Below, in pieces: positions 26,704 through 36,883 of a DNA stretch of 58,177 bases. This DNA is from a virus (taxonomy: Duplodnaviria > Caudoviricetes), in IMG/VR virus record IMGVR_UViG_3300033987_000092, positions 1 to 58,177 of that record, one strand, 5' to 3'. The position numbers were made by a program, and so were the translations under genes. Numbering within the stretch: the stretch's first letter is position 1; each line of letters begins with the position of its first letter. The notes beneath the pieces were generated by a model. That model was given only the letters and a program-made list of their open reading frames with translations. It ran no database searches and was not told where the DNA came from.

Positions 26704-27305
26704 AAATAACAAAGATGAACATTGAGGACCTTCGTACCCCTGAGCGGAATATACGTATTCATACAGAAAAACAGATTGAGGAATTTGTAAGAAGTATTAA
26801 AATGTTTGGACAGATCCGGCCAGTAGTTATTGATGAGAACAATACGATACTGGCGGGAAATGGCTTGGTTATGGCACTGAAAAAGGCAGGACTAAAACAG
26901 GTTGATGTTTACCAGATGGATGGGCTGACAGAGAACCAGAAGAAAAAACTTATGATTGCGGATAATAAAATATTCAGCTTGGGGATTGAAAACCTTGATA
27001 CACTAAATGCTTTTTTAGAAGAGCTCGGAAACGATTTGGATATTCCCGGCTTTGATGAGGAAATCTTAAAATCAATGGTAGCGGAGGCAGAGGAAGTAAC
27101 AGAGAAGCTTTCTCAATACGGTACCCTTGATGAAAAAGAGATTGAAAGCATAAGGAGTAATTCAGCTAAAAAAGAAGCTCTTATTGAAAATGCCGGCAAC
27201 ACGGACAATAATTCTATATCAGATATACAGGAGGATGAGGTAGAAACGGCAGATATAAAAAGGTATGTTATCTGTCCAAAGTGTGGTGAGCAGATTTGGC
27301 TATAA
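26700..27305 (+). CDS. ParB/Srx N-terminal domain protein with C-terminal Zn-ribbon motif
   Basis: NIRIH..QIEEFVRSIKMFGQIRPVVIDE..ILAGNG..IADNK; CPKCG. Confidence 0.85.
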   Translation: MKITKMNIEDLRTPERNIRIHTEKQIEEFVRSIKMFGQIRPVVIDENNTILAGNGLVMALKKAGLKQVDVYQMDGLTENQKKKLMIADNKIFSLGIENLDTLNAFLEELGNDLDIPGFDEEILKSMVAEAEEVTEKLSQYGTLDEKEIESIRSNSAKKEALIENAGNTDNNSISDIQEDEVETADIKRYVICPKCGEQIWL

Positions 27306-28450
27306 AAAGATGTGAAGCCAGCATTAACGTAGTAAAGGCAGCCGAAATCCGGATTAAAAATGTATTCGGAAATGGGCTGCCTGTTTATATGTCATTCTCC
27401 GGAGGGAAAGACAGCCTGTGCATGGGACAACTGGTGCTTAACCTGATCCAGCAGGGGCAGATAGATCCAAAGCAGCTGACCGTACAGTATATAGATGAGG
27501 AAGCTATATTCCCCTGCATTGAAAAAACAGTGATGAACTGGAGAAAGAAGTTTATGCTCGTGGGAGCCAAGTTTGAATGGTTCTGCTTAGAGGTAAAACA
27601 TTTCAACTGCTTTAATGAACTGTCCAATGATGAAACCTTTATATGCTGGGATAGTGAAAAGCAGGATGTATGGGTAAGGCAGCCACCTTCTTTTGCCATT
27701 AGAAGCCACCCGCTATTATTCCCCAGAAAAGACGCATACCAAGACTTCCTGCCGCGTGTATGCTCTGATGGCATTACAATAACCGGTATCAGGACAGCAG
27801 AATCAGTGCAAAGACTTCAAAACATTGCATCCATGACAAAAGCGGGCAGAAACATTACAAACAAGAAGCAGATATTCCCGATTTATGACTGGACCAATAA
27901 TGATGTGTGGCTATACCTTAAAGAGCAGCAGGTAGATATCCCGGACATTTACCTTTACCTATGGCAATCAGGAACACCGAAAGGACAATTACGGGTATCA
28001 CAGTTCTTTTCTGTAGATACTGCAAAAAGCCTGGTTAAGATGAATGAGTATTACCCGGACCTCATGGAAAGGGTTATACGCCGGGAGCCGAATGCATACC
28101 TTGCAGCTTTATATTGGGATAGTGAAATGTTTGGCCGGAGAACAAAAAAGAGGAAGCAGCTGGAGAAGGATGAGAAAACCAGGGATTATAAAGCAGAGCT
28201 TCTTAAGCTTTTTGGCAACATGGAAGAGTATTTTACCACAAAGCACAAACTGTATGTTGCAACCAGGTATCGCAACTTCTTTCTGCAGGTTCACACCATA
28301 GTCAATCAAAATGACTGCCGGGAGATATATGAAGGCTTAATATCAGGGGATCCCAAATTGCGTACATTCAGAGCACTTTATCAGCGTATTTTCGGTAGAT
28401 ACATTACCGAAGCAAAGAAAGCAGAGAAGGGAGGAATGGCTGTTGATTAA
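27296..28450 (+). CDS. IbrA-like PP-loop (PAPS-reductase-fold) protein
   Basis: SFSGGKDS, IDEEA, GIRTAESVQR, PIYDW..DVW, LRVSQ. Confidence 0.88.
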   Translation: MAIKRCEASINVVKAAEIRIKNVFGNGLPVYMSFSGGKDSLCMGQLVLNLIQQGQIDPKQLTVQYIDEEAIFPCIEKTVMNWRKKFMLVGAKFEWFCLEVKHFNCFNELSNDETFICWDSEKQDVWVRQPPSFAIRSHPLLFPRKDAYQDFLPRVCSDGITITGIRTAESVQRLQNIASMTKAGRNITNKKQIFPIYDWTNNDVWLYLKEQQVDIPDIYLYLWQSGTPKGQLRVSQFFSVDTAKSLVKMNEYYPDLMERVIRREPNAYLAALYWDSEMFGRRTKKRKQLEKDEKTRDYKAELLKLFGNMEEYFTTKHKLYVATRYRNFFLQVHTIVNQNDCREIYEGLISGDPKLRTFRALYQRIFGRYITEAKKAEKGGMAVD

Positions 28451-28967
28451 CGAAAGATTGTTTTCTCCGCTTAAGACCCTGCAGTGGGTAGATCGGAATA
28501 AAATAAAGCCTAATGATTACAACCCGAACAAGGTATCCAAGGAAAACTTGAAGCTTCTTACCCAGTCTATACTTGTAAACGGATGGACACTGCCGATAGT
28601 GGTAAGGCCTGACATGACAATTATTGACGGATATCATCGGTGGACGGTAGCAGGGGAAGAGCCTCTCCTTTCTGCCCTCGGAGGTAAAGTCCCAATTGTC
28701 ATTGTTGAGCATGAGGATGAGAGCGGCAATATTTACGGTACTGTAACCCATAACAGGGCAAGAGGTACTCACCTGCTGGAGCCTATGAAGGCAATAGTGC
28801 AGCGGTTATTAGCGTCAGGCAAGTCCATTCAGGAAGTAGGGAAGCAGCTCGGCATGAAGCCAGAGGAGATATTCAGGTTATCAAACTTCTCCAAAGAAGA
28901 TTTTTTGCAGATGATGACAAAAAATGTAAAATCCTATAGCAACGCAGAGTTCATCACAAAGATGTAA
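28443..28967 (+). CDS. IbrB-like ParB/Srx protein
   Basis: PNDYNPNKV..GWTLPIVV..IIDGYHR..HNRARGTH plus C-terminal HTH. Confidence 0.88.
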   Translation: MINERLFSPLKTLQWVDRNKIKPNDYNPNKVSKENLKLLTQSILVNGWTLPIVVRPDMTIIDGYHRWTVAGEEPLLSALGGKVPIVIVEHEDESGNIYGTVTHNRARGTHLLEPMKAIVQRLLASGKSIQEVGKQLGMKPEEIFRLSNFSKEDFLQMMTKNVKSYSNAEFITKM

Positions 28968-29015
28968 GCGTTTTTTCAGATTCAAGCGAATATTGAAGTG
29001 AGATGAGGTGGTGAT

Positions 29016-29762
29016 GTGCCAAGAGCAAGAAGTCCTAACAGAGAAAAAGCTCGTGAGCTGTGGCTTGCCTCGGGGAAAAAACGCTTGCTCAAGGACATAG
29101 CCTCAGAACTCGGAGTATCAGAAACACAAGTACGGAAATGGAAAAGTCAGGACGGGTGGGAAAAGGTAACGTTACCAAAAGAGGAAGAAAAAAAGAAAAG
29201 TAACGTTACCAAAAGAAAGCGTGGTGGACAACCGGGTAATAAAAACGGTGTCGGCCACGGAGCTCCTAAAGGAAATAAGAACAATTACAAGCATGGCCTG
29301 TATGAAAGAATCTATTGGGATACTCTTGATGAGGAAGAACAACAGATGATACAGGCCATGAATTATGAAGAGGAGAAACTGCTTCAGGAGCAGATAGCTT
29401 TGTTAACAGTCAGGGAGCGCCGATTACTTAAGACTATAGCAGAGTATAAAGAGAAGAAAGGCGGTCTGGCTTTAGAGAGCGTTATCCAGAGAAAGCTTGA
29501 AATTGACGGTAATATCATTCAGGATGATTACCAGACTCAGACCGAAACTACCACCCGTACCATTTCCACATTTGAGGTTATACAAAAACTTGAAGCGGAG
29601 CTGACACGAGTACAGGCCAAGAAGACCAGGTGTATTGAGGCTTTAAATAAGCTGAGGATTGAAAGACAGAGAATAGATGACGAACAAAAGGGTAATGACC
29701 TGGTTAACGACTGGATACACGGCGTAATGGATGGTGATGATTATGAAGAAGAAGAGGAATAA
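29016..29762 (+). CDS. terS: Terminase small subunit
   Basis: MPRARSPNR..LKDIA.ELGVS..VRKWKS.D.W HTH; GGQPGNKN..GAPKGNKN.KHGLY; precedes TerL. Confidence 0.88.
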   Translation: MPRARSPNREKARELWLASGKKRLLKDIASELGVSETQVRKWKSQDGWEKVTLPKEEEKKKSNVTKRKRGGQPGNKNGVGHGAPKGNKNNYKHGLYERIYWDTLDEEEQQMIQAMNYEEEKLLQEQIALLTVRERRLLKTIAEYKEKKGGLALESVIQRKLEIDGNIIQDDYQTQTETTTRTISTFEVIQKLEAELTRVQAKKTRCIEALNKLRIERQRIDDEQKGNDLVNDWIHGVMDGDDYEEEEE

Positions 29763-31179
29763 GCCAACATCACGCCGGGAATTCTTCAAGATGCGCATTC
29801 CTGAATACCGCAAAGACATTGAGTTGTTTGCAAAAGAGGTTTTGGATTTTACTCCTGATGACTGGCAGAGGGCGGTGTTCAAAGATGTAGTTGAGCATAA
29901 CCGTATAACCGTAAAGTCTGGCCAAGGTGTAGGAAAGACCAGTGCTGAAGCGGTTATTTTATTATGGTTTTTGTGCTGCTTCCCATTTCCAAGAGTAGTA
30001 GCAACTGCACCTACTAAGCAGCAGCTCCATGATGTGCTTTGGTCGGAGGTTGCAAAGTGGCAATCGAAAAGCCCGCTGCTCACTCATATACTCAAATGGA
30101 CCAAGACATATATCTATATGATTGGGTATGAAAAAAGGTGGTTTGCAGTAGCAAGGACAGCAACCAAACCCGAAAACATGCAGGGATTTCATGAAGACAA
30201 TATGCTTTTTATCGTGGATGAGGCCTCCGGTGTTGCTGATCCAATCCTGGAAGCAATACTTGGTACTCTTTCTGGTAAAAATAATAAGCTTCTGATGTGC
30301 GGAAATCCCACTAAAACATCAGGTATTTTTTATGACAGCCATACTGTAGACCGGGCAATATACCGTTGCCATACTGTTTCATCTGCAGACAGTCCAAGGA
30401 CAAATAAAGAGAATATTGAAGCGCTGATCCGCAAGTATGGAGCCGAAAGCAATGTAGTAAGGGTGAGGGTATACGGAGAGTTTCCCCTTCAGGAGGATGA
30501 TGTATATATTCCTCTATCTCTCATCGAAGCCAGTATAATGAGTGAGCCTGAAGAAAAACCTGTAGAATCCATTGACATTGGGTGCGATGTTGCCAGGTTT
30601 GGAGATGACAAGACTGTTATAGGCTTCAAGGTGAATGAAAAGGTTGAGTTTTATAAAAAGCTCAATGGACAGGACACAATGCGGACAGCTGCAGATATTG
30701 TATTACTCGGGCAGATACTAATTGATAAGCATAAGTATAAATACAAGATTCCTATAAAGGTTGATGATGGCGGTGTTGGAGGTGGAGTGGTAGACAGGCT
30801 GAGACAGATAAAACGGAGCAATCCTGCACAGTATTGGTGGATGGAAATAGTTCCGGTCAAATTTGGTGTCAGAATAAAGCACAAATATTTCTATGATTCT
30901 ACTACCTACATGATGAATGTGGTTAAGAGCTTGCTGAGCAAAAAGGATGATGAAGGGAATCCAAAGCCGGTGGAGCTTATATTACCCAACGATAACGATC
31001 TGGTCGGACAGCTGTCATGTCGTAAATACACTATGACAGATAACAGTAAAATCAAGATAGAAAGCAAGGAAGATATGAAAAAACGCGGTTTATCCAGTCC
31101 TGATGAGGCTGACTGCGTTCTTTTATTGTGCTTGCCTGTATCTATGAAAGACCGAAAGAAAGGAGATGATAAGGCTTGA
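29743..31179 (+). CDS. terL: Terminase large subunit
   Basis: Walker A GQGVGKT, Walker B IVDEA, GNPT, nuclease DVARFGDD, SPDEAD. Confidence 0.95.
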   Translation: MKKKRNKPTSRREFFKMRIPEYRKDIELFAKEVLDFTPDDWQRAVFKDVVEHNRITVKSGQGVGKTSAEAVILLWFLCCFPFPRVVATAPTKQQLHDVLWSEVAKWQSKSPLLTHILKWTKTYIYMIGYEKRWFAVARTATKPENMQGFHEDNMLFIVDEASGVADPILEAILGTLSGKNNKLLMCGNPTKTSGIFYDSHTVDRAIYRCHTVSSADSPRTNKENIEALIRKYGAESNVVRVRVYGEFPLQEDDVYIPLSLIEASIMSEPEEKPVESIDIGCDVARFGDDKTVIGFKVNEKVEFYKKLNGQDTMRTAADIVLLGQILIDKHKYKYKIPIKVDDGGVGGGVVDRLRQIKRSNPAQYWWMEIVPVKFGVRIKHKYFYDSTTYMMNVVKSLLSKKDDEGNPKPVELILPNDNDLVGQLSCRKYTMTDNSKIKIESKEDMKKRGLSSPDEADCVLLLCLPVSMKDRKKGDDKA

Positions 31180-32747
31180 GTGATACGAAACATAGACATA
31201 CTATTTCAGCAAAAATTATAAAGGCTGCAGAGCCAGATAAACCTATTGAGAAAGCTGAGGGATCCAATGTCATAAATGATAATAATGCATTGATATGGCT
31301 CCAACCTTCAGTTGACTTACAGGGATTAAAAGAGATGGTGGATCATTCAACTATCCTGCCGCAATGTATCAGAGCTTATAAGGATAACATTGCCGGCTTC
31401 GGTATTGGAATAAAATACAAGGATGATATCGAAGAAACAGAAGAAATGGCAGCTGAATATGTCAAAGCTGAAAGTATTGTAGACCTACTTAATATGGACA
31501 TGGATACCAAGGAAGTTTTTGAGGATGTCATAGAGGCAAGAGAAACATATGGAATAGCTTATCTTGAGGTAATGCGGAATATTAAAGGTGAAGTTAATCA
31601 GATAGAATTTATCAAAGATACTCCATCTATACGCAAGACCGCAGCTTTGGATCCTGCCATTGAGATTGAATACTTTTATAAAGGCATGACAATAAAGCGT
31701 TTAAAGAAGTTCTGCAAATATAAGCAGGAGAAAGGCGGCAAGGTTGTTTATTTCAAGGAAATTGGTGATCCCCGGATAATGGATAAGCGTAATGGTGAGT
31801 ATGTTGATGAGCTTGAGATTGAATACCAGGCAAATGAAATTCTTGAGTTTACTATAGGCACCAGCGATTATGGTACAGTCCGTTGGATAGGACAAGTACT
31901 CAGCGTAGATGGAGCAAGAAAAGCTGAAAACCTGAATAACAATTACTTCACTGAGGGCAGGCATACTCCTTTAATGATTATTGTTAAGGGAGGCACTTTG
32001 TCAGATGAAAGCTTCACAAAACTTCAGCAATACATGAATGGCATAAAAGGTGAAGCTGGACAGCATGCTTTTCTGGTATTGGAAGTTGAAGAGGAAGAAA
32101 ACAGGGTGGACTTCGAAACAGAAAAGACACCTACAGTAGAAGTGAAAGATATGGCTTCCATACTGCAAAAAGATGAGTTGTTCCAGGACTACCTTGAAAA
32201 CTCCCGTAAGAAAGTTCAATCTGCATTTCGGCTGCCGGACCTTTATACAGGTTACACCACAGATTTCAACAGAGCGACAGCACAAACGGCAATGGAAGTG
32301 ACGGAAAAACAGGTGTTCATTCCTGAGCGTAAAAGCCTTGCATGGACTATTAATAACAAGCTCCTTAACTGTTACCAGTTTAAGTATGTAGAGGTTTACT
32401 TCAAGGATCCTGACATTACAAATCCGGATGACATCTTCAAAATCTTAAATGTAACAGAGCGTGCCGGCGGTTTGACTCCAAATACAGCAAAGGAAATAAC
32501 CCTTGAAACCCTCGGAAAGGTTGCAGAGCCATATGATGAAGAATGGGGAGAAATTCCGCTTGCTGTTTCCAGAACTCAAATGTATGGTTTAGCTTCAGGT
32601 ACTACTGGTAATAGCCAGAGTATAGGTGAGCAGATAGACAAGGCTATTAAAAAGGCTATGGATGCCAAGGATGATGATATTGTAGTAATCATGAAAGAGG
32701 TAAAGAAGCTGCTCCAAAAGATGAGCCGGGAGAAGGTGTCAGGATGA
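31176..32747 (+). CDS. Portal protein (PBSX XkdE-like)
   Basis: Follows TerL; 'NNNYF.EGRHTP', 'SAFRLP..G..DFNRATA'. Confidence 0.9.
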   Translation: MSDTKHRHTISAKIIKAAEPDKPIEKAEGSNVINDNNALIWLQPSVDLQGLKEMVDHSTILPQCIRAYKDNIAGFGIGIKYKDDIEETEEMAAEYVKAESIVDLLNMDMDTKEVFEDVIEARETYGIAYLEVMRNIKGEVNQIEFIKDTPSIRKTAALDPAIEIEYFYKGMTIKRLKKFCKYKQEKGGKVVYFKEIGDPRIMDKRNGEYVDELEIEYQANEILEFTIGTSDYGTVRWIGQVLSVDGARKAENLNNNYFTEGRHTPLMIIVKGGTLSDESFTKLQQYMNGIKGEAGQHAFLVLEVEEEENRVDFETEKTPTVEVKDMASILQKDELFQDYLENSRKKVQSAFRLPDLYTGYTTDFNRATAQTAMEVTEKQVFIPERKSLAWTINNKLLNCYQFKYVEVYFKDPDITNPDDIFKILNVTERAGGLTPNTAKEITLETLGKVAEPYDEEWGEIPLAVSRTQMYGLASGTTGNSQSIGEQIDKAIKKAMDAKDDDIVVIMKEVKKLLQKMSREKVSG

Positions 32748-33697
32748 ATGAATTTGAGGATTTGATAAAAGCTCTTGACGCATATATAAGCAAAGCGGAT
32801 GATGATTTAACCGATAAGCTCAATGAAGAAGGTTACGCCAAAGCGGCTGAAACCGTGGAGAATATAAACGCCCTGGAGGATGCTATAGCAGAAATCCTTG
32901 AAGAGGAATTGGAGTATTACCTTGGGGAGTTGGAGGGAGTAGACCTCGAAAATGCAGTAAACAATATCTTGCCTAATCTTTTAGCAGGGGACATTACAGA
33001 TGAGAAGTTGGCTGAGGTATTTAAGGACATATTTGATAAAGCTCTCCGGAGCCTTACTGATGCATACATCAAGGACATAGATAAGGACCTGGCATTTTCC
33101 ATGTTCAGTGAAAGGACATCCGACTGGATAAAGAGCTGGAGCGAAGAACTTGGAAAGCTAATGAAGCTTGGCTCATATGAAGAACTGCAGCGTATTCTTT
33201 CTAAGGGCTTGGAAGATGGCGAGAGTGTTCAACAGGTAATGGAAAATCTCATGGATAGTTACGGCTTTAGCAGGAAGCGGGCAAGAGCTACTGCTATTAC
33301 AGAAATGCTGACAGCTCATAGTGTTTCTTCTCAAGAAGCATACCGTCAAAGTCCAGCTGTTGAAAAGAAAATGTGGCGTCATACAGGAGCCCATAAGAAT
33401 AAACCAAGACAGAATCATGTGAATATGGATGGTAAGAAAGTGGATAAGAATGAACCATTTGAACTACTTGGTGCCGATGGCGAAACCTATCATCCTGATT
33501 ATCCGCGCGATCCAATTTTGCCACCTTCAGAAAGAGTAAACTGCCATTGCATATCTCAGCCTATTGTTTCAGAGTCTATACTTGGTCTTTCTTTGGAAGA
33601 ACGCCGCAAGCTCCAGCAGCAGGCTATTGATGATGACAATGCACTGTGGGAAGCGGAACTTGATGCAAAGAATAAGGCGAAAGCCGGAATAGAATAG
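32744..33697 (+). CDS. Minor head protein (Mu F/SPP1 gp7-like)
   Basis: RARATAITE..KKMW..RQNH..DG..PRDP.LP..ERVNCHC. Confidence 0.88.
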   Translation: MNEFEDLIKALDAYISKADDDLTDKLNEEGYAKAAETVENINALEDAIAEILEEELEYYLGELEGVDLENAVNNILPNLLAGDITDEKLAEVFKDIFDKALRSLTDAYIKDIDKDLAFSMFSERTSDWIKSWSEELGKLMKLGSYEELQRILSKGLEDGESVQQVMENLMDSYGFSRKRARATAITEMLTAHSVSSQEAYRQSPAVEKKMWRHTGAHKNKPRQNHVNMDGKKVDKNEPFELLGADGETYHPDYPRDPILPPSERVNCHCISQPIVSESILGLSLEERRKLQQQAIDDDNALWEAELDAKNKAKAGIE

Positions 33698-33791
33698 GAG
33701 ATCCTGCTTCGCATTACTCGTTGAGAAATTGGTGTGTTTTATAGCATGCCATTTTTTATTGCCTATCGACCAATGAAAGGAGGTGAGAACT

Positions 33792-35138
33792 TTGGGGAAA
33801 GTGGTTAAGTCCTATGAAATTACGGATGCCAAAATCTCCTTCGTGTCGCTTGTAGATAAAGCGGCAAACAAGAAACAGTTCCTTATTACCAAAGCTGAAA
33901 AGGGTAAGGCAAACTTTACTACCTACGGCCGGATTCTGAAAGTGGACAGCGACCATCATTATGTCACAGGGATAGTATATGAACCCTTGGTAGAGGATGC
34001 TCACGGTAACTTTATGACCGAGGAGGAAATCATTAAGGCAGCTTATTGGTTCGCCAAAAACGGTGATAAGGTTGATATTCAGCACAGCTTTGAAGAGTTA
34101 TCCGATGCAGCTGTAGTTGAAAATTGGGTCACCAAGTCTGATACGACCATTGAGGGGCAAGAAATTAAAAAAGGTACCTGGTTGCTGACGGTTGAAATCT
34201 CTGATCCTGATATTTGGGATAAAATCCAAAAGGGTGAGATTACAGGCTTTTCAATGGGTGGTGTCGGGAAATACAGTGAGGAGGATGTGGACCTTGATAG
34301 CATACAAAAGGAATCCGGGAAAGGAGATGATAACAGCATGAATACCGACACTGAGAAGAAAGGTATTTTTAAAAAGCTTGCTGAAGCTCTCGGTTTCGAT
34401 GTAGTCGAGAAAGGGGCTATGACAGACAGATATAATGCAAGTATCAAGAGCACTCGCTTCTGGACAGCATTCTATACTTTAGAAGATTTGCTCTATAAGT
34501 ATAATTGGAATACTGACAAATGGGAGTATGAGACTGATGAAACCGCAATCAAGAATGCTCTGGAAGAATTTTCGGCCATCATTACTGAGGTATTGACTGA
34601 ACAAAGTGTAGTAAAAGCACTTCTTACCGATAAGCCTATTAAAAAGGCTGGCAAGAAAATGAGTACCTCAAACAAAGCGAAGCTGGATGAGATAGTTCAG
34701 TCGCTGAGTGAATTTGCTTCACAGTTTGAGGACAAAGAGGAAGAACCGGTTGCCAAAAATAATTCTGGTGAAGAAAAGGAGGATGATATCGTGAAGGCTG
34801 ATGATATCAGAAAAATGATTCAGGAAGAAATCAAAAAAGCCATGGGAGCAGGCACCGAAAAGAAGCAGGAAGTTGAAAAGTCTGAGTCAAAGGAAGAGGT
34901 TATAACCAAAGCCGACATCCAGGAAATCATTGCTTCAGAAATCAAAAAGGCTCTCGGCGAGGAAGAGGAAGAAGTAGTCGAGAAAGAGGAAGAGAAGCTG
35001 ACCAAGGATAGCATTGCTGAGGTTGTCAGGAAAGAACTTGCGGCAGTTTTGAAAGCCAAGGGTGTTGCTACGAACCTGAACGGTGAAACCGGCCAGATTA
35101 AAAAGAGCGAACCCCACTATCTTACTGGAATTCTTTAA
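33792..35138 (+). CDS. XkdF-like prohead protease/scaffold protein
   Basis: ISFVSLVDKAAN, 'VYEP..DAHG', 'DIQH', 'GFSMGG'; acidic C-terminal scaffold region. Confidence 0.85.
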   Translation: MGKVVKSYEITDAKISFVSLVDKAANKKQFLITKAEKGKANFTTYGRILKVDSDHHYVTGIVYEPLVEDAHGNFMTEEEIIKAAYWFAKNGDKVDIQHSFEELSDAAVVENWVTKSDTTIEGQEIKKGTWLLTVEISDPDIWDKIQKGEITGFSMGGVGKYSEEDVDLDSIQKESGKGDDNSMNTDTEKKGIFKKLAEALGFDVVEKGAMTDRYNASIKSTRFWTAFYTLEDLLYKYNWNTDKWEYETDETAIKNALEEFSAIITEVLTEQSVVKALLTDKPIKKAGKKMSTSNKAKLDEIVQSLSEFASQFEDKEEEPVAKNNSGEEKEDDIVKADDIRKMIQEEIKKAMGAGTEKKQEVEKSESKEEVITKADIQEIIASEIKKALGEEEEEVVEKEEEKLTKDSIAEVVRKELAAVLKAKGVATNLNGETGQIKKSEPHYLTGIL

Positions 35139-35159
35139 TTAAAGGGAGGATGAGAGAAC

Positions 35160-36092
35160 ATGAAAACTAACAGCAATATCATTGCTAAGGCAGCATTGAG
35201 TACCACTGATCTTACTGCTGGATTGCTTAGTCCTGAACAGTCCAGAACATTTTTAAGACAGACATTTGAAGCCACTCCGCTTGGAAATCTCATAAGACAT
35301 GAGATGAGAAGGGCAAATGCCGGTGAAATTGATAAAATCGGTATTGCATCCCGTATCTTGAGAAAGAAAACCGAGGATACAGATGACGGTTACAGAGCAA
35401 AACCTACCTTCGGGAAGGTTGAATACTCCTGTACTCCTGTCAGACTTCCTTGGGAAATCACTGAGGAAACACTGAGAGAAAACATTGAAGGACAGGGCCT
35501 GGAAGCAACCATAACCGACCTGATGACCAGACAGCTTGGCGTTGACCTTGAAGACCTTTATCTCAATGGTGATACTGCTACTCTCGAGACAGATCCTGAT
35601 TATGATTTCCTCAAAATCAATGACGGTTGGATTAAGCAGATTGAAGCAGGCGGCCATGTAGAGGATAGGTCAGCTATCAATGGCGGTGCTATGAGCGTTG
35701 ATGTTTATTATGACGCTTTGAACCAGATGCCCAATAAGTACAATAACGGAACTTTGAGATGGCTCATGAGCCCTCGCAGAAAGCAGGAATGGGAAAGATA
35801 CCTGATAGACAAGCTTATCACTGTTGGCGGCGGTATCACTGATAGCCTCATTAACAATCCTGCTGCTATTCCGGCTGTGCCGGTTCCTGCTCTACCTGAT
35901 GATAAGATTATCCTTACCAATCCTAAAAACCTTGTTGTGGTTAACAGCTACAATGTTATTATCAGAAAGACCACAGAAGGTAAGGAAGCTATCATGCAGG
36001 ATAAGCGCTTCTATGTAATTCACCTTGATTTTGACCCGATCATTGAGGAACTGGATGCTACAGTAATCGTAAAAGGCCTTGCTGCTATATAA
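35160..36092 (+). CDS. Major capsid protein (XkdG-like)
   Basis: GLLSPEQS..F, 'LRENIEG', 'DLEDLYLNGD', 'NDGWIK'; position after protease. Confidence 0.9.
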   Translation: MKTNSNIIAKAALSTTDLTAGLLSPEQSRTFLRQTFEATPLGNLIRHEMRRANAGEIDKIGIASRILRKKTEDTDDGYRAKPTFGKVEYSCTPVRLPWEITEETLRENIEGQGLEATITDLMTRQLGVDLEDLYLNGDTATLETDPDYDFLKINDGWIKQIEAGGHVEDRSAINGGAMSVDVYYDALNQMPNKYNNGTLRWLMSPRRKQEWERYLIDKLITVGGGITDSLINNPAAIPAVPVPALPDDKIILTNPKNLVVVNSYNVIIRKTTEGKEAIMQDKRFYVIHLDFDPIIEELDATVIVKGLAAI

Positions 36093-36106
36093 GGAGGTGC
36101 GGAATC

Positions 36107-36472
36107 GTGTCTGTAAAAATTAAATTGATAAAAGGCTTGTCTTATCGTGGAGGTAAGGATGGAACCCTGAGAGCCACAAAAGATAAGCCTTTTTGTATTG
36201 TTAAAACTATGGAAGAGGCCCGGGCAGCTATTGCCACGGGCCATTTCAAATTCGTTGAGGAAATAAAGGATAAAGAGCCGGAGAAAACCATTGGCAAAAT
36301 GACAAAGGATGAGCTTGAGGATTATGCAGCTGAATTAGGTGTCGATATTTCAGACTGCAAAAATAATGACGAAAGAAAAGAAGCAATAAAAAAGGCACTT
36401 GAAGAGGCTGGAAGCGCTAAGGAAGCTAATGGCAAGGGTGAAGAGTCAAAAATACCTTTCGAGGAAGAATAG
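36107..36472 (+). CDS. Head-associated protein (YqbF-like)
   Basis: Position after capsid; 'MTKDELEDYAAELGVD' HeH-like motif. Confidence 0.65.
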   Translation: MSVKIKLIKGLSYRGGKDGTLRATKDKPFCIVKTMEEARAAIATGHFKFVEEIKDKEPEKTIGKMTKDELEDYAAELGVDISDCKNNDERKEAIKKALEEAGSAKEANGKGEESKIPFEEE

Positions 36473-36484
36473 GAGGACGGCTTT

Positions 36485-36868
36485 ATGGCTACAAGACCTT
36501 GGATAACTCCAGCGGATGTCAAAGATTACACCGAGTTCCCAAAGGTTAAGGAAAGACCAGATCCAAAGCTGCAGCTCGATATCGTGAGGGCGGAGCAGTA
36601 CATCATCAGCAAGACGAATAATAAATTTGATGATGACGCTTACCCCACAATACCTGAGCCTGTTAAGCTTGCTACCATCCTTGTTGCTGAATTTTATGCC
36701 AATGCAGCTGCAGATGATGCTTCAAAGTTTGAGTCCGAAACCTTTGATGATTACTCATATACCAGGAGTGATATTAAGGTTGAGGACTTAGACTTGGAGC
36801 CACTTCTGAAAGACTATGTTATTGTTGCTTCAAAGAATCAGGTGTCAATGAATCTACGGAAGCTTTGA
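36485..36868 (+). CDS. Head-tail connector (YqbG-like)
   Basis: WITPADVKDYT..DIVRAE..SETFDDYSYT. Confidence 0.8.
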   Translation: MATRPWITPADVKDYTEFPKVKERPDPKLQLDIVRAEQYIISKTNNKFDDDAYPTIPEPVKLATILVAEFYANAAADDASKFESETFDDYSYTRSDIKVEDLDLEPLLKDYVIVASKNQVSMNLRKL

Positions 36869-36883
36869 GAGGCAGGTGACGGT

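Noticed and set aside
25915-28450. Reading the two PAPS-reductase-fold genes as sulfate-assimilation (cysH) metabolic genes
   Set aside because: No C-terminal ECGLH-type catalytic motif, no other cys genes, and pairing with ParB proteins points to a different role.
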